Shown: in pieces, positions 59,801 to 64,000 of the stretch | Position numbering within the stretch: position 1 is the stretch's first letter | How the letters are laid out: every line of letters starts with the position of its first letter | From: an uncultured virus (IMG/VR IMGVR_UViG_3300031992_003405) | Lineage: Duplodnaviria > Heunggongvirae > Uroviricota > Caudoviricetes | IMG/VR virus record: IMGVR_UViG_3300031992_003405 | Direction: 5' to 3' (one strand) | Length of the DNA stretch: 64,000 bases | Notes under the pieces: generated by a model | What the model saw: only the letters and a program-made list of their open reading frames with translations | What the model was told of the DNA's origin: nothing | Databases searched by the model: none | Position numbers and translations under genes: made by a program

Positions 59801-62800
59801 TTCATAATGGGTAACGTGTTGTAATTTACTCGGAAATCTTTTCCTATTAATATGAATATATATTAATATAAAATTAAAAAATTTTAATAAAATATAAATA
59901 TACAAAATTAAAGTAAACTTCTATATAAAATTAGAATAAAACCGATATTATTCCACGCATTATCAGCATTATCAACCCAGTTTAATAACGATACATTAGG
60001 AAAATTTGGCGCTGCATTAAACACCCGACTTCTCACTACAGTACTATTACCAGACCATTGATTCGAAGATCTTTCTCATCAATAAATTAAATATAATTAA
60101 ATTGAATTCTACAAAATTTAAGTATACAAGATTAAAGTAAACTTTTATATAAATTGTAAGTATACAAGATTATAACAAAACTGTGAATATTATTTACATA
60201 ATAACAATCAGGCAAATAATAGTAGTTCTTTAAAGGCGTTTTTATTCCATACTTTTCTAACATACAAAAAGCATATTCCCAACTACCTACATTTAGAGAT
60301 ATTTCCCGTCAATAAATTAGATATATTATGTAATAATTAAATTAAATTCTAATAGAATTTAAATATATAAGATTACAGTATGCAAGATTAAAGTAAATTT
60401 CTAATAAAATTTGGAACAAAACCGTTAACACGCTGAATTCCCTCGTAATTAGTGTTTGTCCACCCATACCCATAGGCATGGCCGTACCATGTCAGTAAGC
60501 AAAATCCCCAACTGGGGGAAGGGTGATTCGGAGATCTTTCCTGCTAATATATATTAAGATAAAATTAAAAAATTTTAATAAAATATAAATATACAAAATT
60601 TAAAGTATACAAGATTAAAATATATAAGATTGAAGTAAACGTAAACTTCTAATAAAATTTGGAACAAAACCGATGTATACATTCGCGTAATAAGAGCCAC
60701 GCAGACCTGGCTCATTGGTCTTCCCTTGTGGCCCGCAATATTGCCCGACATAGAGTCCGTTTTCCCTCGGAGATCTTTACCACCAATAAATTAAATATAT
60801 TAAAATGTAATAATAAAATTCAATTCTAAAAATTTAAATATACAAGATTAAAATAAAACCGTGAATATAAATTGCCCTGTGATGTTGACTGGTTACCGGG
60901 AAGGTAGAAGGAAAATGGTTTGCTTCACCTAGAACACAATAGCGATTGTATTCTGCGAGCTCGTATCTTGCCGGAGATCTTTCCCACTAATAAATTAGAT
61001 GTATTTAAATACAATAAAATTTAATTTTACAAAATTTAAATATACAAAATTGAAGTATACAAGATTAAAGTAAGCTCCTATATAAAATTAAATATATAAG
61101 ATTGGAACGAACTCGGCGTTATGTGATGGGATGGTAGTCCATCAATCACTATATATGCCGAATCCTTGATTAAATTCTACCGGCACGCACGAAAATCTTT
61201 CCTACCAATAAATCTAGTATATTTAAATACAATGATAAAATTTTATTTTACAAAGTTTGGAATAAAACAGACATCTTCATCTGCATATATACGATAGGAC
61301 ATACACCTGCCATCTACACATAAAGTACCATAATCCCAAGCATCGATCTCTGGCGCATAACTAGATTCATAATATTTTTGTGTTGGAGATCTTTCCCACC
61401 AATGAACTAAATATAATAAAAATAAATTATGATAAAATTAAAGTATACAAGATTAAAGTATATAAAATTAAAACAAAATCAAGACTATCAATACCGTTTT
61501 CTCCATATCCACTTCTTGGGCCATCGCTTGCATACCAAATAGATGTGAAATTACTTAGACCATAATTACCATAACTATCTTTATACTTTACCAGAGATCT
61601 TTTCTGCTAATAAATTAAATATATTTAAATACAATAATAAAATTGAATTTAAATATATTTAAATATATAAGATTAAAGTATATAAAATGAAAGTATACAA
61701 GATTGAAATAAACTTCTATATAAAATTAGAACAAAACCAAGATCACAAAAGCTGTCTTCACTATGATCGCCTGCCACACCAGATTTATGTGTCATGATAG
61801 TAGACATTTGTGCATAATATCCCTTGCCTGGATATGACCCACTCACTTTAGTCGGAGATCTTTTCTATTAATAAATTAAATATAATTAAATACAATAAAA
61901 ATTGAATTTTAGCAAAATTTAAGTATACAAGATTGAAGTAAAACTTTTATATAAAATTAAATATACAAGATTGGAATAAAACCGCGAGTTGTAGTGTGTT
62001 GATCGTGAAGATGATCATCAATCGATAGGTTCGATGTACCTACACTATGTAGCTCTGCGCCCCACACTTGCAGATGGCAATAATGACTCATTGACGAATT
62101 GTTAGCCGGAGATCTTTCCCACTAATATTAATATATATTAAGATAAAATTAAAAAATTTTAATAAAATATAAATATACAAGATTGGAATAAACTTCTATA
62201 TAAAATTAGAACAAAACCGTAAGATAGAAATACTCGGTAATTCGCGTACGCGTATCCTGCCGACACTTCACTATTATACGCATCAGTACCATATACTTTA
62301 CAAAACTGTATGGTATAGTTAGCGTTCCGAACTGTCATCGGAGATTTTTCCCACTAATGGACGGAGTATAACTAAATGTAATAAAATTCAATTCTAATAG
62401 AATTTAAATATACAAGATTAAAACGAGCTTCTAATAAAATTTGGAACAAAACCGTTACTAGCCCACACAAAACTAGTCTTGGCAATAACATCGCTAACAC
62501 TGCCGTACGATACCAGCTGGTAATTAAAGTATCCCACAGATGTAAAACATGGGTTGTTATCCTGAACCCACGGATTGAGTGACGGAGATCTTTCTCACCA
62601 ATAAGCTAAATATAACTAAAGATAATAAAATTAAATTATACAAAATTTGGAACAAAACCGGCACAAAGGACGTCCATCGTATATGACGGTTTCTCAAAGC
62701 CAAGTCCAAGGACGTCACCCCTACGATGTAACCAGCACCAGTTACCGTACTTCTGCAACCCCTCGTCCCAAGTCACTGGCACATGCGGAGATCTTTCCTA

Positions 62801-64000
62801 CCAATAAACTGAGTATAACTAAATACAATAAAATTGAATTTTAACAAAATTTAAATATACAAGATAAAAGTATATAAAATGAAAATATACAAGATTGAAG
62901 TAAATTTCTATATAAAATTAAATATACAAAATCAAAGTATACAAGATTGGAACAAAACCGTAACTACTATTTACTACAGCATTACCACTACTGCCGAGCG
63001 GATTATTGTCACTACCATCGCTTACGTATTCATCTCTCTCTAAGGGCCATCCTACGTATGCATTATATTTACCCGGAAATCTTTCTTATTAATAGATTGA
63101 ATAGATTTAAATATAATAATACAAAATTAAAATATACAAAATTGAACCAAAGCCGTATGAATCTGTAGTTCTCCAGATGCCGTTGTCCGTGAGATCAATA
63201 TCATAATTTTGTATGCCAATAAATTCAATCTAAGTCTTGTATCCCAATGCCGGGCGAATTAGTGCCATTCGGGCCCTTATGCAGAGATCTTTCCCACTTA
63301 TAAACTAAATATATTTAAATGTAATAATAAAATTTAATTCTATAAAATTTATAACAAAACTGAAGCTATTGTATGAAAACTGTATCTCATTTTCATATCG
63401 ACTAAAACCTTGCCTGCCAGTATCAGAAGTAACGGATGCATATCCGTTAATTTCGCATCGCTCACACCCAGCGAAAAGTAACCTGAATCTGTCTTCGACG
63501 GAGATATTTCCTACTAATAAAATATAACTAGCTAAATACAATAAAATTAAATTTTACAAAATTTAAATATATAAAATTAGAGTATATAAAATTGAAGCAA
63601 ACTTTTATACAAGATTAGAGTAAACTTCTATATAAAATATAAATATACAAAATTTGGATATATAAAATTGGAACAAAACCGTTAGATGTAAAATTGTATT
63701 TCCAGTTACCTAAATTGTCTATACCATGACTAATAAGAGCACCACCGTTTCCCGCAATCATTATCACCACCCACTGCTCATCATGGTTGTTTTGTACTAC
63801 AGTCAAAGATCTTTTCCACTAATGTTAATATAGAATTAAAAAATTCTAATAAAATTTAAATATATAAAATTAAATATACAAGATCGGAACAAAACTGCCA
63901 GACTTATGTACGTTCCATTCATTACTCGTATAGACACCATGTAAGTCGGAAATGCGCAACCCGCCATCATCAAGGAGTCTATCCAGAGATTTTTTTCACC
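44890..64000 (-). repeat. array of about 87 DGR-variable-region-like cassettes (WWERSP-variable-GFVP) with AT-rich spacers; continues past the window end
   Basis: Plus strand unit: TTGGAACAAAACCG, then about 90-160 nt of unique, GC-richer sequence, then CGGAGATCTTTCCCACCAATAAA, then an AT-rich spacer. Minus-strand translation runs in frame from RSP to GFVP in the units translated by hand (e.g. 49190, 51550, 56995, 58465, 62650). Confidence 0.92.

Noticed and set aside
49178..62350. Treating the 49178/62206 pair as a classical template/variable repeat pair
   Set aside because: Only about 6 of 15 differences involve adenine on the coding strand, and they run in both directions, so neither unit is a clean template of the other.
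45270..63806. The many 60-90 aa ORFs in the ORF track within the array as real genes
   Set aside because: No SD or consistent starts. The minus-strand ORFs are cassette cores running into spacers, and the plus-strand ones are antisense by-products.
44890..64000. CRISPR array
   Set aside because: Unique segments are about 90-160 nt and keep a reading frame. The constant part is two degenerate anchors plus a variable-length spacer, and no cas genes are in the window.
44890..64000. Integron cassette array (attC sites)
   Set aside because: No RYYYAAC/GTTRRRY inverted-core attC structure, no complete ORFs in the units, and no integrase seen.

Overview
Extremely AT-rich DNA that looks like an accessory region of a large (jumbo-type) bacteriophage genome; this is an inference, as no structural genes lie in the window. 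Positions 1-44.8 kb hold expanded families of small paralogous hypothetical genes, three GT9 (heptosyltransferase-like) genes, a Dam methylase, a GNAT acetyltransferase, an HNH-AP2 endonuclease, a SprT-like protease, an IscB, an IscB remnant and two TnpBs. They also hold a family of TnpB-derived insertions that interrupt genes and end in CAG (IStron-like behaviour), and two oppositely oriented non-coding repeat clusters. The standout is a DGR-type reverse transcriptase (about 37982-39037) followed about 6 kb later by an array of roughly 87 cassettes (hand count) spanning more than 19 kb, from 44890 to beyond the window end. On the minus strand each cassette reads (Y)WWERSP-[about 30-50 highly variable codons]-GFVP, which resembles the C-terminal variable region of a DGR-type target protein. 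The cassettes lack start signals and are separated by AT-rich modular spacers. This looks like an undescribed multi-cassette DGR library or archive rather than a CRISPR array. No full-length target gene, avd gene or canonical AAC-rich template repeat is visible in this window.
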